From NCBI GenBank assembly GCA_012295275.1, contig CM022666.1:8494001-8558000 (forward strand): 64,000 bases of DNA, given 5' to 3'. A model generated the notes under the pieces. It was not told the DNA's origin. It ran no database searches and worked only from the letters and a program-made list of their open reading frames with translations. This document shows, one piece after another, positions 13,291 through 27,232 of the stretch (the stretch's first letter is position 1; each line of letters opens with the position of its first letter). The stretch comes from Chrysomallon squamiferum. Its lineage: Eukaryota; Animalia; Mollusca. The position numbers and the translations under genes are program-made.

Positions 13291-15214
13291 TATGTAATAC
13301 ATTACTGGTAATATTCTCTTAATTTTTAATACTGAAGATTTTTCTTTTGTTTATTAATTCAGACTGGGGCTTTTCTAATTAAACACCTTTTTTGAAAGGG
13401 GTTGTCTCATATATTTAAAATTACCATCCATTTAATTTTAATGTTGTTGTTGTTGTTCTTATTATTATTATGGAAGTGCGTATGTGTAATTTTATTCATG
13501 CATGTATGTATGTATGGGGATGTGTGAGTATATATGTTTGTATGTAGGCTATGAGAGCATGTGTCTATGAATGTATGTTGTAAAAGTAAATCATGAACAA
13601 ATTAATTATTATTACTTTTTTAATCTCCGTTATCATAAAACAACTGTTTCCCAGTACAAGAAGAAGAAATAAGTAAATCGGTGTACACAATAATAAAAAT
13701 ATAACTGAAATGAAGTTTTACATTGTACTATATGTAGCATATAAACAGTTATTAAACATATAATACAAAGTCGAATCAATAAAGTATTTAATATTGCTAT
13801 TTCCAGGATTAACTCTTTCTAGGTTAGTAGCATAAATTCAGCAGGCTAAAAGTTAAAATATCTCAAGTGAAAATATGAATTTATTATGTATTAAAATAAC
13901 TGTATCCCATTTGTGTCCCAGTATATTCTGGACTGGAATATGTTTGTTCAGGGGTTAACATGGAACATTGAGAACTCAAGCTTTGTTAATAACAAAGTAT
14001 GACACTATTTTACACCAACCTCTATTAATAACAAAGTCTGACAGTAATGTATTTTTACACCAACCCTTACTAATAACAAAGTCTGGCATTGATATATTCT
14101 TTTTTACATCAAACTTTGCTAATAAAATCTGATAGTGTTTTTAGAAATAACCTTTACTAATGACATAGTTAGACAATAATGGAACAAATTTATATTAATT
14201 CATGAATGCTGTCATTTTAACATTCTTTTTCACATACTTACAGTGATGTATTTTAGTTAAAACTTGATAAGTGAAATTTCAGCCAGTGACTGACATGCTC
14301 ACTGTAAGGAAACCAATATTAATTCAGGTTGAGGATTCATTATCTGAAATTCCAAAATCCAAAACATTTAATGAACTGAAATGGAAAGCAGAAATGCTAA
14401 CATCTTACAGTTTTCAGATTGCTTTGCAAATGCAAACTTTTATTTTAAGCACCCACAAAATTATTTAAAATGTTATATAAAATATCCTGAGGGTAATTTG
14501 TATAAGCTGTATATGAAATATAAATGTAAGCTGGATTTCAGACATACATCCTATTCTCAGGTTATCATCTAACATTTTGGATAAAGTATTCTCAGTCTGT
14601 ATCCTCAACACTTTGTTAAAAAATATTTTATGTAACATCATGTGGCTGACTACACAGACAATGAATTCAGCAGACACACTGCAGCCATATAATGGATTGC
14701 TATTTTCTTCTCCTTTGGTAACATAGGATCTCTTACAGTATTTTCCACCACCACATACCACCACCATTTCATTAATAAGTCAAACAGTACTGGTTGGATT
14801 GGGATATAGGTTACAAGGAGACCCAGTGAGAAGTAATTCACTAATGAATTATGGGCTCTCTAAGTATTGCGTTACATCTACTGACATCAAAAAGTCTGAC
14901 TAAGACTGAGTAAATCAGTGTCTAATCTTACAGACTTCCGGTATATTTAATTTTTTTACATTTCAGTGCAAGTCTTATTGCTTCAAGACAAAAAATAAAA
15001 GTTACAGTGGCAGCAGCATATTTGGATGTCATACTTACTTATTATTATTATTATTATTATTATTATCATCATCATCTTAAAGGTTGGCGTGCATTAGTTA
15101 TGACAAATCTCGGTTTTTAAACAAACTATGGCAACTATAATAAAATGTTATTATTAGTAATAAATCTTTATTTTTTTTTATTTTTTTTTTATGCAGAATG
15201 TATAACTGACACAA

Positions 15215-15570
15215 GTACCACACTTTATTATTACCAAAAGCTGGTGTATAAAAACATACACAGATCTTGTTTTTCAAATAAAATATGTTATGACATTTAT
15301 CATTACCACAAGTATAAGACTTTATTTTTTTAATTAAAGGTTGGTGTATAAAAACATACACAAATCTTGTTTTTCAAATAAAATATGTTATGATATTTAT
15401 CATTACCACAAATATAATAAAACTTTATTTTTATTTAAGGTTGTTGGTATATAAAAACACACAAATCTTGTTTTTTATACAAAATATATTTAGGTATTTA
15501 TTATTACCACACCCTTTTATTTTTAGTAAAGGTTGGAGTATAAAAACACAAACCATTCTTGTTTTTCATA
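15215..15570. repeat. Degenerate ~100-bp tandem repeat, 3-4 copies
   Basis: Recurring ggttggtgtataaaaacatacacaaatcttgtttttcaaataaaatatgttatga near 15241, 15339, 15439 and 15531. Confidence 0.75.
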
Positions 15571-16211
15571 TATAATTATAAAACATAATTATTAGTGAAG
15601 GTTGCTATGTAATAATATAAACAACAAATCTCACTGTTTTACATATAAAAAAATGTATTCTTGTATTTAAAACAACTGTCAAGTGTACAGCACTTTCATT
15701 ATCAGTAAAGGTTGGTATATAACAATATACGTAAATCTCATTTGTGTTTTTACAAAATGTATTCATGTACTGGATACAGCAATAAGAACACCAATGATTA
15801 AACAAGAAACAAAATAAAACTTTTCCAAACAGGTCAGCTGGGATCAAATTACCCCCCCCCCCAAATTTTCAAATAACATTTGAGTTTTAGTTCCTTATGG
15901 GCAGGAAATGTGAAATTTCAGATATTTGTTGCATTGAATCAAAAGTTTTGGAAATACAACTTAAACACCATAGTTTGGGTTTGTGGTCAAAAAGAACTGG
16001 CGGGGCCCATTTTTTATCCCTTGTATCATAGCAACGTTAAACATCATGGGAAAGGAAACTGACCAAAGATTACTCATTTATCTTCATATTTACAAGTAAT
16101 AAATGTCTGTGACCGTGAGTTTAATCTTGAAATAAAATACATTTAGAACTGTAGACTAAAACACAAATACATATATACATATGTCTGTACATTCATACAT
16201 ACATACATACA

Positions 16212-16242
<31 letters not shown>

Positions 16243-16764
16243 TTGTAATTATTAGAATTACAATAAAGCTAAATATGAACTCTCAAAATGAAATAATTAT
16301 TTAGCAAACATATTTGCTTAACTATACATTTTGTACATTTATAATAAAGAATTTAGACATAAAATGCATTGTATTATATAATTTTTTCATTTCAATGCCA
16401 TTTTTAAAATTTTATTTATTTCACTTAATGATGGTTGCTATATTATTACATAGCAATCTTCATTATGCAGTGACACATATATATATATATACATAACTAT
16501 ATTGTATATCTTTATCATTATGGTAAAACAACATATTCACATAGTCTTTTCTGATCATTGTAAGACAATGCTGCAAACAGAAATGGCCTGTATTACATTC
16601 TGCACCTGAATACTTCGTGTGTATATATATATATATATATATATTCATCAAACAAACATACTTTGTAAACAATGTACTTCAGGATAAACATATACAAATA
16701 GTGTAATAAAGATAATGTAAAATAATATAGATAATGCCCATGGTATTTTAAAAATATTAGAAAG

Positions 16765-16829
<65 letters not shown>

Positions 16830-17969
16830 AAATCAAAGTGAATGAAATACATAATTAAAATATGCAAATTATACATCACACACACATTGATGGAATATTT
16901 CCTCTAGAAATGATAACGTGAATGAATAAATGTTTAACATAAAATTACATTAAATTATTTCTAGATTTTAAAATTAATTAACAAAGAAATATTAATATAT
17001 AGGAATGAAAAATTAAAAATCAATTTATAAATAATAGTAATATATTGATAAAAAAAAAATGAAAAAAAATCACATTTTTTGTTGATATTGATTTGAAAAA
17101 TCAAAAATAACAAAAATCAAGAAACCAGTTTATTAAATACAAAATTAATTTACTAATGATATGCAAAGAGTCTATGTACAAATTCGATCTTATATTAATA
17201 CCTGGAAAATATTTTAGTATGTTCTTTTTTTCTTTCCATTTACCTTTTTAGTTTCTATCTTTGATAACAAAGATAATATAGTAAAATATATTTATCAATG
17301 GAACCATTAATAAATAAAAACTTTTCCATACTTAGTAAATGAAAGAATTATTTGGCATCATATCAACAGTTACGAACCAAATGCTATAATGATAAAAATA
17401 ATGTTTCACATTTCTTATTAGTAATAGCTGTATTACTTGTAGTAATAATAACAGTAGCATCAGGAATCATAATGGTGGTGGTAGTAGTAGTAGAAGTAGT
17501 AGCAGTAGTAATAGAAGTAGTAGTAGTAGTAGAGGCAGTAGTAGTAATAGCAATAGTAGTATATAATAATGCCATTTGTAATACTTGTAGTATTTTAGTA
17601 AGAATAATAGCTATAGTAGTAGTAGTAACAATAGCAATAGCGGCTGTAATGATTACAATAGTAATAAAAGGATGGTATACTATTATTAGTAACATTATGA
17701 TTGTATTATTACTAATAAATTATTAATTTAATTATTATTAAACAATTTTTATTAGAACTGTCTGAATTAGAAAATTTAATTTTATTAAAAAAAACCAAAT
17801 AAAATAACTAAGAAACTATTAAAAAGGACACCTTCACTAAGCACTAAAGTTTGTTTTTTTTCATTTATAATTCAAATATTTTTTCAGTTTTGTTTTTGCT
17901 GCCATCAATATTTGAAATAGGAACAAATAAAATACAACAGCCAATGGCATCCAATGATACAGCTAATGT

Positions 17970-18018
<49 letters not shown>

Positions 18019-18520
18019 CTAATATATGTTAATTATTACCTAAATGGCTATAGATCATAACTAAATGTAGAAAATATTTAAATTTACAATGGCAAACAAA
18101 CACATACACAAAAAAAAGTGATAATAATAATAAAAACAATAATAAAATAAATAAAATAATAATAATAATTTAAAAAAATTGTAAAAAAATTTAATAAACA
18201 AATTAATAAGAAAAATAAAGTAGAATATTTACATTTTTATGAACATCAGTAAATAAAAAAGATTTTACATAATAGAGAATGTATGGGATACTGGCTATAT
18301 ATCTCAGTATAGAAAATTTTAACAATGAAATTTCAAAAAATGCAAACAACAATGAACACTTCTGAAAATTAATAAAAAAAAAAAAAAAGCTGCAAAATTT
18401 CATGATTTTAATTTTAAAAAAAAGAAGAAGCTAAGTTTGAGGTAAAATGGCAGTTTTGATAATGAATACATAAATTTTAGGTAATAAAAATATCATTTTA
18501 TTATCTTCTGTTTTCACATT

Positions 18521-20290
18521 TTATTTGTAATGTTCTTTACCATCACCATCTTCAGAAACGTCAGCAACATCTTCTGTTGCAACTGCAGCAGCTTCAGCAC
18601 TCTTGCTGCGAAGATATGATAGAAAACTTAATGCCTCAGCCACGGCTGTTTCTTTTCGATGTTTTCTGTCGAGATGAGTGCTTAAGTTACGGACGAGTTT
18701 TTCACAGAATGTACAAAATGGCTTCACTTCCTGTGCTCCTGCATCTTCCGACTTCTTCCGCTTCCTTTTTGCTGGAACCAGACGAATGGTTTTTTGATTT
18801 TTGTTTTCAATGGCTGAGGTATTTGTAGGATCAGGCTGCACTGAAGCTGAAGAGGGTGTTGAGATACTTGGCAGTGGTGAGGAAGTGACACATGATGCAA
18901 CAGACAGCTTTGGAACAACTGACGGAATATGACCCAGAGAGGCTGGAACGGTAACCATGGATGATGGAAAGAGACCAACAGACATCGGGACAGGTGCCAC
19001 AGATGTCTGTACAAGTTGGACAGCATCAGAGTTGCTAGGGACAACAGCTGCATACAAGATGGGAGCAGGGTTGGAAATAACTGATTTAATGGATGTAGTG
19101 GCTGAAGTTTGAGTGGATGATTGTATGATGGGTTCAGCTACTGGGATGTTGCCGAGGATTTCTTGGGATGGGATGTTGAAAGATGTGATCTGTGATGTAG
19201 GAATGTACTGAGTCTGGTTTTGTTGTTTTGCAGAGTTTTTAGAACGGTCCTGAGATAAATCCATGACATCGACAGATAATTCAACTGAACTTGTTGATTC
19301 GATGTCACTGCTGTCCTCTTTTGTACTTTCTGTTCCTGGATAAAAAAAAAAATAAAAAAAAAAAAATAAAAATAAACACATACACATACACACAAGCATC
19401 CACAGATACCAATCTACATTTTGATGTATTAAATCTTCAACTGAAACAAGCCATCCACTGTATGGGACATTTCACACATGTATTAACTATTAGTGTTTAT
19501 CTCCCTTGTGAACAGCTCTTGAATGTGAAAGATATAACAAAAACTCCTGGAATTTGAGAGATGTTTTATTATTTTTAAATTCAATTATATGAACAAAAGT
19601 AAATAAGTATTTATTTAAATTTAATATATTAAAGTTTTGATGTTAATGAAAAAGGCCGTCGATTTTTTTATAAATATATGATTATATCTCTATATAGCAT
19701 TTTTTTCTTATTATTGAGAAAATAAAACAGACTATGTACCTTTGTGTTCAAGTTATGATGTAAAATAAGAAAGATCAATAAATAATGAAGAGCGGTTAAC
19801 ATGGTACATTTTTGGTTTGTTAACAATAAATATTATATTGAACATTTTTAAAAGAAAACAAAGGAAGAAAAATAAATAAGTGAAATTTGGTTTGTTAACA
19901 ATAAACATTATATTGAACATTTTTAAAAGAAAACAAAGGAAGAAAAATAAATAACTGAAATTTAAAAAAATAATAAATCTAAATATAACAGAATATTTAC
20001 CTGTTGATGATGTATCTCTCGACTTAATTTCATTTGTTTTCACAGGATTTTTTCTGACTGCTACAATACACAGAGAAAATTTTATCATATAAATATAATG
20101 AAAGTATTATTACATGTTGCAGCATAAGTTAATGCAAAAATAAACTTTAATATACTTTGTATCTTTTTAAATTACCTTTTTAATTGTAGATCACCAGTGT
20201 TTGATAATATTAAAGAAATAAATAGTTAGGCAAAATAAATTAAAAAATAACTTAAAAAGCATATGCAAAATGAATAAGCCAATAATAATG

Positions 20291-20321
<31 letters not shown>

Positions 20322-20773
20322 CAATAATAATAAGAACAAATGATTAAATATATAAATAATAAAAAATAAAAATAAAAATAAAAGAATCTACAAAATGAAT
20401 AAACAAATAATAATAAATAAATAAAGAAAGAAATTTCAAAAATAAAATAGAAGAATTTGCCAAATTAATAAGCCAATAATGATAATATTAATAACAATAA
20501 CAATAACAGAAACCAAAATCGATATAAAATCTTTAGCACGGTCTAAAACTTCACTTACCTGTAGATCTATGGTTATCTAAAAGAGTTGCAAGATTAGGGT
20601 GGTTGTTTTTGGGCAGACTGGAAGAGTTGTGTCCACAAGCATTAACACTGACACAGGGGGCGCTGTGATCTACCTGAGATTCTGTTTTAGCAGAAGGCAA
20701 TGGTACACGTATGTATTCAACATACTTTCCTGATTTATTATTCTCTGTCAAAGTTTTACCTGTGTGTGAAATA

Positions 20774-20808
<35 letters not shown>

Positions 20809-22402
20809 ATTTGGTTTATAAAACAATAGGTTAGTACTTGTTTTCAAAGATAAATAATAAAATAAATAAAATAAGTAAGTAAATATAAGCAAGCAAGCAA
20901 CTAAGTAAGTAAATGAATAATTAAATATCTAAGTAAATAACTAAATAAATATATAATGGAATTTGAAAACCAGTTATATTACTACATAATATATTGTGAA
21001 ATATGCAACTTATAATAGTAGTAGTTGTAATAAAAGTAACACTGATGGAAGTAATGGTAAAAATGACTAATAATAATACTAATAGCTGTAATAAATAAAT
21101 AAATAAATATATAAAGATATAAATAAATAAATTAAATAAAAGTTTAAAAAAGTAATAAATATAAAATAATAAATAACTAAATAAAATAATTTATAAATAT
21201 TTAAAAACAATTATTGAAAATTAGCTAATTCAAACCAGTTGCAACTCTGATTAATAATGAGTGGCTTAACAGTGTTTCCATGACAACTGACCTGTCATTA
21301 CTTGTGAATTTGTTTCTTCACTGACCTCTGGTGGCAATGAACTTGTTTTATGTTTATCCTAAAAAATAAAAAAAAGCAATCACACACACACACACATATA
21401 TATGTTTAGCATTATCATATGAGCATATTAATTAATTTTCTATCATTAGTTTTTGCATTTGAGATATATGCTTAATGACATCACTAGAACACATTGACTA
21501 ATTTTCTATCATCAGTTATGTTATGTCAAACATTTGTTTAATGATATCACTAGATCACATTGATTAATTTTCTGTCATCAGTTATTGTATGTCAGACATT
21601 TGTTTGATGAATCACTAGAACACATTGATTAATTTTCTATCATCAGTTATTGTATGTCAAACATTTGTTTAATGATAACACTAGAACACAATGATTAATT
21701 TTCTATCATCAGTTATTGTATGTCAATCATTTGTTTCATGACATCACTAGAACACATTGATTAATTTTCTATCATCAGTTACTGTATGTCAAACATTTGT
21801 TTGATGACATCACTAGAACACATTGATTAATTTTCTATCATCAGTTATTGTTTGTCAAACATTTGTTTGATGAATCACTAGAACACATTGATTAATTTTC
21901 TATCATCAGTTATTGTTTGTTACACATGTATTTAATGACATTACTAGAATATACTGGTGAATCTTCTTTTCTTCTTCCAAACTTTTTCAACCCCTTTTAT
22001 GGAAAATATGTTTTGCATAATAAAAATGGATCATTCATTTGTACTTTTCCACCAGAAACAATGAAATACTTACATCTTTCTTTAATTTTTTGGAACTAGA
22101 ATTCCCTGAAAAATTAAAATCAAATAAAATAAATAATTTACAAATAAACAATAAATATTTAAAACTAAAGTTTATCCTATATTTGCAATTATCTGGACAT
22201 TTTCATCTTTTAACTTTTTTAATGATATTATTATTATTATTATTACATTAAAAAAGATTAGTAACAATTAATAATATAATAGTATGTAAACATAATATAA
22301 AGAAAATTAATAAAATATTAAATCTGATATGAACTATACAGGAATGTAAAAACATTAAAATAATTTTATTTCATTAACACCAAAACAAATTTACCTATTT
22401 TG

Positions 22403-22435
<33 letters not shown>

Positions 22436-25400
22436 TGAAAACTGAGAAAAACACCTATTTAAATTAAAAGTTTGGTAAAAGGCTGTAATAATCTTCAGTC
22501 AGTATCTGAACTTTCCAATCACAGAATGGATTAAATAAAAAAGAAATTTCAACCAATCAAGAAGCTTGTCTCTGAACCATCCAATCATAGAAAGGATAAA
22601 GAAAAGAACTGTATAATTACAACCAATCAAAATTTTTGTCTCCTAACTGTGCAGTCACAGAAAGGATTAAGAAAAGAAAAACTATATTTCAATCAATCAG
22701 TGAACTTGTCTTGCCTGAATTTTCAGATTCTTCAAAATCTCTGAAATAGTATCTTCTATATGCATATCTCCCTTTTCTGATTCCTGGCAGTTCTTCAACA
22801 TCAGACATGCTATGAAGAGCGGCTCGGAAATTTGTTTTCCATCGTCTTGGCTCAGGTGGGTCACCATCACAGTAAATCCCTGTAAAAAAAGTACAGAGGA
22901 TTCATTTAAAAATCAAGATGAGAGAGCCAATTCGCAAAACGGCCTGAAAATAATCTTTACCCAACGATCAAAGCAATAACTAGTTAGAATTTTTAAAAAT
23001 TAAAAAACAATTTATTATTAGCACTGAATTCTAGAGATCTGGTAATTATAATTTTTGAGAATTTTTTTTACAGACTCAATTAATTTTCAACTTGAAGGAT
23101 ATAAATTGATGTGGAATGGACTCAGTTTGATTTCACTTAAGTCTGTCATCAGCACCAAGAACATTTGACAACACAAAGATTTTGTTTTAAAACATCAAAA
23201 TTAAGCTTCTGATTCTCATTTCTGATGATTAATCTCAAGTATGGAAAATACATTCTTCTTTCTTTTATGTTTTTCAAAGATAAAAATTATCAGTAATCTT
23301 AACTTTTCATTGGGTTGCAGTAATTCACTACTACCGTGTGAGAGTTTTTGTAAAATATAACAGAGAAAATTAGAAAGTTTGGTATGCTGATGTCAAATTC
23401 TATCAGCAAAGACTGCTCAACAATATTACAGTCAGCAGGAAGTATACAGAATGTATTTTGTATAATTGTTTGAACTACTTCAAGAAAACCACCAAATTTT
23501 TGGTACTTTATTGTGATATGTCTTTGAAAACAATAAAGTAATAACTTGAAAGTAGAAAGAATTTCATTACGCTATATTGACAGACCTGTATGTCTCGCCC
23601 ATCGCTCAAAAACATCACCGTCCAGTTTCATGTCCCAACCCATTCTGGCCCTGTGTCGCCATGACACCTGGAAGACTTTGTGTGATTTGTCCACCCAGAC
23701 CAGACCAGGACAAGTTTCATTGTCCAGTAGATTCTTCAGCCATGGCCCCATTTTCTGTCTGTCCACTGGTCGAATTGGTTTCTTACTGTGCATGGACAGG
23801 TGTTTTGATTTCATCTGAGTTGGAGACATCTGAAGGTGAAATTTTTTTTTTTTTTTTTTTAAATTATTAATAAATATATTAGCTGTAATATGTCTAAATT
23901 ATTATTAGTTATATTAGATATAGTTATGTTTAAATTATTAATAATTATATTAGTTACAGTTATGTTTAAATTATTATTAATTACGTTAGCTGTACTTTTA
24001 AATTATTATTAATTTTATTAGCTGTAGTTATGCTTAAATTATTATTAATTATATTAGATGTAGTTATGTTTAAATCATTATTGGTTATGATAGCTATACA
24101 CATTAAATTATCAGTTGTTTATTATAAATTATATTAGTGTTTTTTTCTGTTATGATTACTATTTACAGTTATTAGGTAGTGTAACTGTGGTTTTTGTTTA
24201 ATAAATGTTTGTATAATGTCACATTTTAAATCACTGAAAGATCAGAAAAATAATAATAATATAAGAATGAATTATGAAGTAAAACATTTACTCTGGAGGA
24301 GTGTACAATTTAAGAAGGTTTTGTATTTCTGGTACTGGATAAATTAGGGGCCCACAAAAACTGATAGAATCCAAGTTTTAGAAGTTTCATTTTATTAATA
24401 ATTATAATAAAAGTAAATAATATTAATCATTGGTTTAATTTTTAATCAGAAGTATCTAAATTAACCTTGGAAAATTCTAACAGATAAATCTCTCTATTCA
24501 AAAATTCAAAAAATCAACCAACAAAATTATAATAAAGAAAGCAAGAAATCTAATTAAATCAACTGTTAAATTTGAATTTAGTCATTACCCTTAAAGCTGC
24601 TTTGAGTTTTTCTGCTTCGATTGCTTTTTTTTCCTTCTCCCAGTCTATGACCTCCTGATCTTCATTCTGGTTTGTCTTGGCTAGCAAATGTTTGTTCGCA
24701 GACTCAGAATATCGTGTCTGACAGTAAGTGTGTTTCAGTTTGTTTCCAACATTTCTCGTTGTTACTGAGACCGAGTTGGATTTCCTTGATGCTGTCCTGA
24801 CTTGAGCTGAAATTAAAAATATAAATATGTAAGTAAGTAAGTAAGTAAATAAATAAATAACTATAAATATATAAATACATACACAAATAAATGAGTAAAT
24901 AAATGAATATGTAATTATTGAAAAATAAATAAACATGTAACTAAGTTAATAAATAAATAAATGTAAAATATAATAAACATGTTAATAACAGAAATAATTG
25001 TTTTAATGTCAGTGAAATAGTAACATTTATACTAGCATACACTATTTAAAAATAGTTATGAAATCTTTGTTTTGTTTCTGTACAATTTAGATATTTATGT
25101 GGATTAAATTTCATATAAAAAAGTCATGTGAATAGAAGTATTATTAATATCATACACATAAATTATTTATGTGTATGCTGCATGAAATGTAAGTATAAAA
25201 ATAAATGCATGTTTATTAAACTCATAAAATACAAGCACAAAAAACAAATTAAAAACTCATTTTAAACCCATCCCAATTCTATCCTCTAAACATTAATAGT
25301 TAAAGGGAAATTTTGGTGATAAAAAAATACAGACTAAGAGTAATCTGCATACTTCCATGTCATTTTTAATTTGATTTCTGCTGTGAAACAAAGTGAAAAA

Positions 25401-27037
25401 ATAAAAGACTATATTTAAAAATTATCTGCAAACTGTAGAACTACCAATACAGTGACTCCAGTTGTGAAGGATCAAATGGCAGCATTCTGATATTTTGTAA
25501 CAGTGTTATTCTACTGTCATATTTTGTTATTAATGATTATAAGTAACTGAAACCAAATAAATAATAATTTCTAAATATGAAGACTTTAACTCCTACCATA
25601 GTTCATCATTCACACAGTTAACACTGCTGAGACATAACAAAACATTTCATATTGATAACCTTCTCAATATTCCACCACTTCCCGTGAAATAAATTTACAT
25701 TTGAAATTTGTACCTTGAGATACTGTATGAGGTATGTTTTGTTTTGACAACACATTTTCTTCTATGATCTGAGTGACAGACTGTGGCAGTGATCTGGTAG
25801 ACACTCTCTGGACTCTGTCCTGCGCTGAGCTGCCAGCAGATACATTCAGACTGGGTTGGCTATCAGTACCAACCACATCAATTTCTGGCTCAGGATGCTC
25901 TTGTTTGATGCTAACGCTAACTGGTTGGCTGGTGTCAGATGATTCTGACCAGTCATCAGGCGGCTCACATTTGATTGGTTTTGATATCTGAAAAATGAGA
26001 TTTCTGAATGGAAACTGGCTGTTTCCTCCAACACAGGGTTTTTCAGTTCCTGAAGGGACTGGATCGTTGCAGGCTTCTGGTTCTTTAACTGGCAGACGCA
26101 TGTTGTTCTGGTTGGAGAGATTCAGAAGCAGCTGGGCTCCAAGAGACATGTCAGAATCATCTATGTCATCAATTTTCTCCATTTTCTCTTGGGTTTTTTG
26201 TGCACAGTCTTCAACTCTGTTTTCTACAGTGATCTGGTTTGTTTCTTCTTGAACATGTTCTCGTTTGACAACAACGTTTGTTTCCTGAGAGTTCATACAC
26301 TCTGGTGTGACAACAGCAGGTGAAAAGACTGGCTGCGGGGTTACCAGTTTGGTTTCAGGAGGTTTACTAACTTCTTTTTTTGATTCCTGAACATTATAGT
26401 TTAGAATAAGTGGTGTGGCTGGAATGGGTTGGGGTATGACACCAAGGACATTTTCTGGATTGAGGCTCGATGCATTAACTGGCATCGCATAGACATAATT
26501 ACATGGACCTGAAGTAGAAACTGGTTCATTCTTTGATACTGCTGTCACTTGCTGGATATTTTCTGTTGGTGGTTTCAGTTTAATGAGATAGTAACATGAT
26601 GATGCGGGTGAGAGCAGGTGAGTGACAGGTGATGAACTCCCTGTGCTCACCCCTGGCAAAGCTGTCATCAGCGTGGTTAGTGGGTTTGCTAATATCCCAG
26701 CATTTGGTAAAATAAATCGAGATTGCAACGAAGACTTCAAATTGACATCTTCTGTTGCCATGGTTACATTGTTCTTGGTGCTGCTTGCATCATCAGATGA
26801 AACGTTATTTTTGGGCTCAATTTTTAACAACTTGTTGGCCATTTTGCCACTGGTAGATACATTACTATTGTTATTACAGTTGCTTACGTCATTAATATTG
26901 CTAACAAGTTTGCATGGCACTGAATTTTTTCTACTGTTAAGATTGTTAGCTGGTTTGCCATCCAAATCTACTTTCAGTTTGCCTTTGCTCGGGAAATCCT
27001 TTTGCATGTCCATATTGTAAATTTTCGAACGCAGCAT
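18521..27037 (-). CDS. Interferon regulatory factor (IRF)-family transcription factor, atypical ~1041-aa architecture
   Basis: Exons 27037-25714, 24806-24589, 23829-23586, 22879-22715 (GC donor), 22105-22074, 21358-21292, 20759-20559, 20060-20001, 19335-18521; phases consistent, 3126 nt. Exons 3-4 encode the Trp-pentad IRF DBD (MGPWL...GLVWVDK...FQVSWRH...GWD...FERWARHTG...PRRWKTNFRAALHS). The DBD is near certain; joining of the flanking exons is inferred from phase. Confidence 0.85.
19811..19955. repeat. Tandem duplication of a ~75-bp unit in an IRF intron
   Basis: tttggtttgttaacaataaaYattatattgaacatttttaaaagaaaacaaaggaagaaaaataaataa occurs at 19811 and 19886. Confidence 0.85.
21425..21950. 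repeat. Minisatellite, 65-66 bp unit, ~8 copies, in an IRF intron
   Basis: Unit cactagaacacattgattaattttctatcatcagttattgtatgtcaaacatttgtttaatga starts at about 21482, 21548, 21613, 21679, 21745, 21811, 21876. Confidence 0.95.
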
Positions 27038-27232
27038 TTAATGTTAGTTCATAATATATGTATTATTTTGGCACTTATATGTTATACATGATTAAAATAC
27101 ACTCTTCTCTGCTATTAACAATGTTTCATTTAAATAGTTTACTGTAAGAAAATAATAGGTAGGCCTACGTCCTTGACCTAAATAACACCGAGCTACGGCG
27201 TGTCTTCTTCCATTTTAATCAAATTCGTTTAC

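Noticed and set aside
14892-14937. Imperfect hairpin aagtctg...cagactt
   Set aside because: Short and heavily bulged; expected by chance.
21425-21950. Regular repeat array resembling CRISPR
   Set aside because: Whole 65-66 bp units repeat with no unique spacers, inside a eukaryotic intron, with no cas genes.
25773-27020. Plus-strand ORFs antisense to IRF exon 1 (also those antisense to TNF2 and ZNF exons)
   Set aside because: Shadow ORFs of real exons with no domain features.
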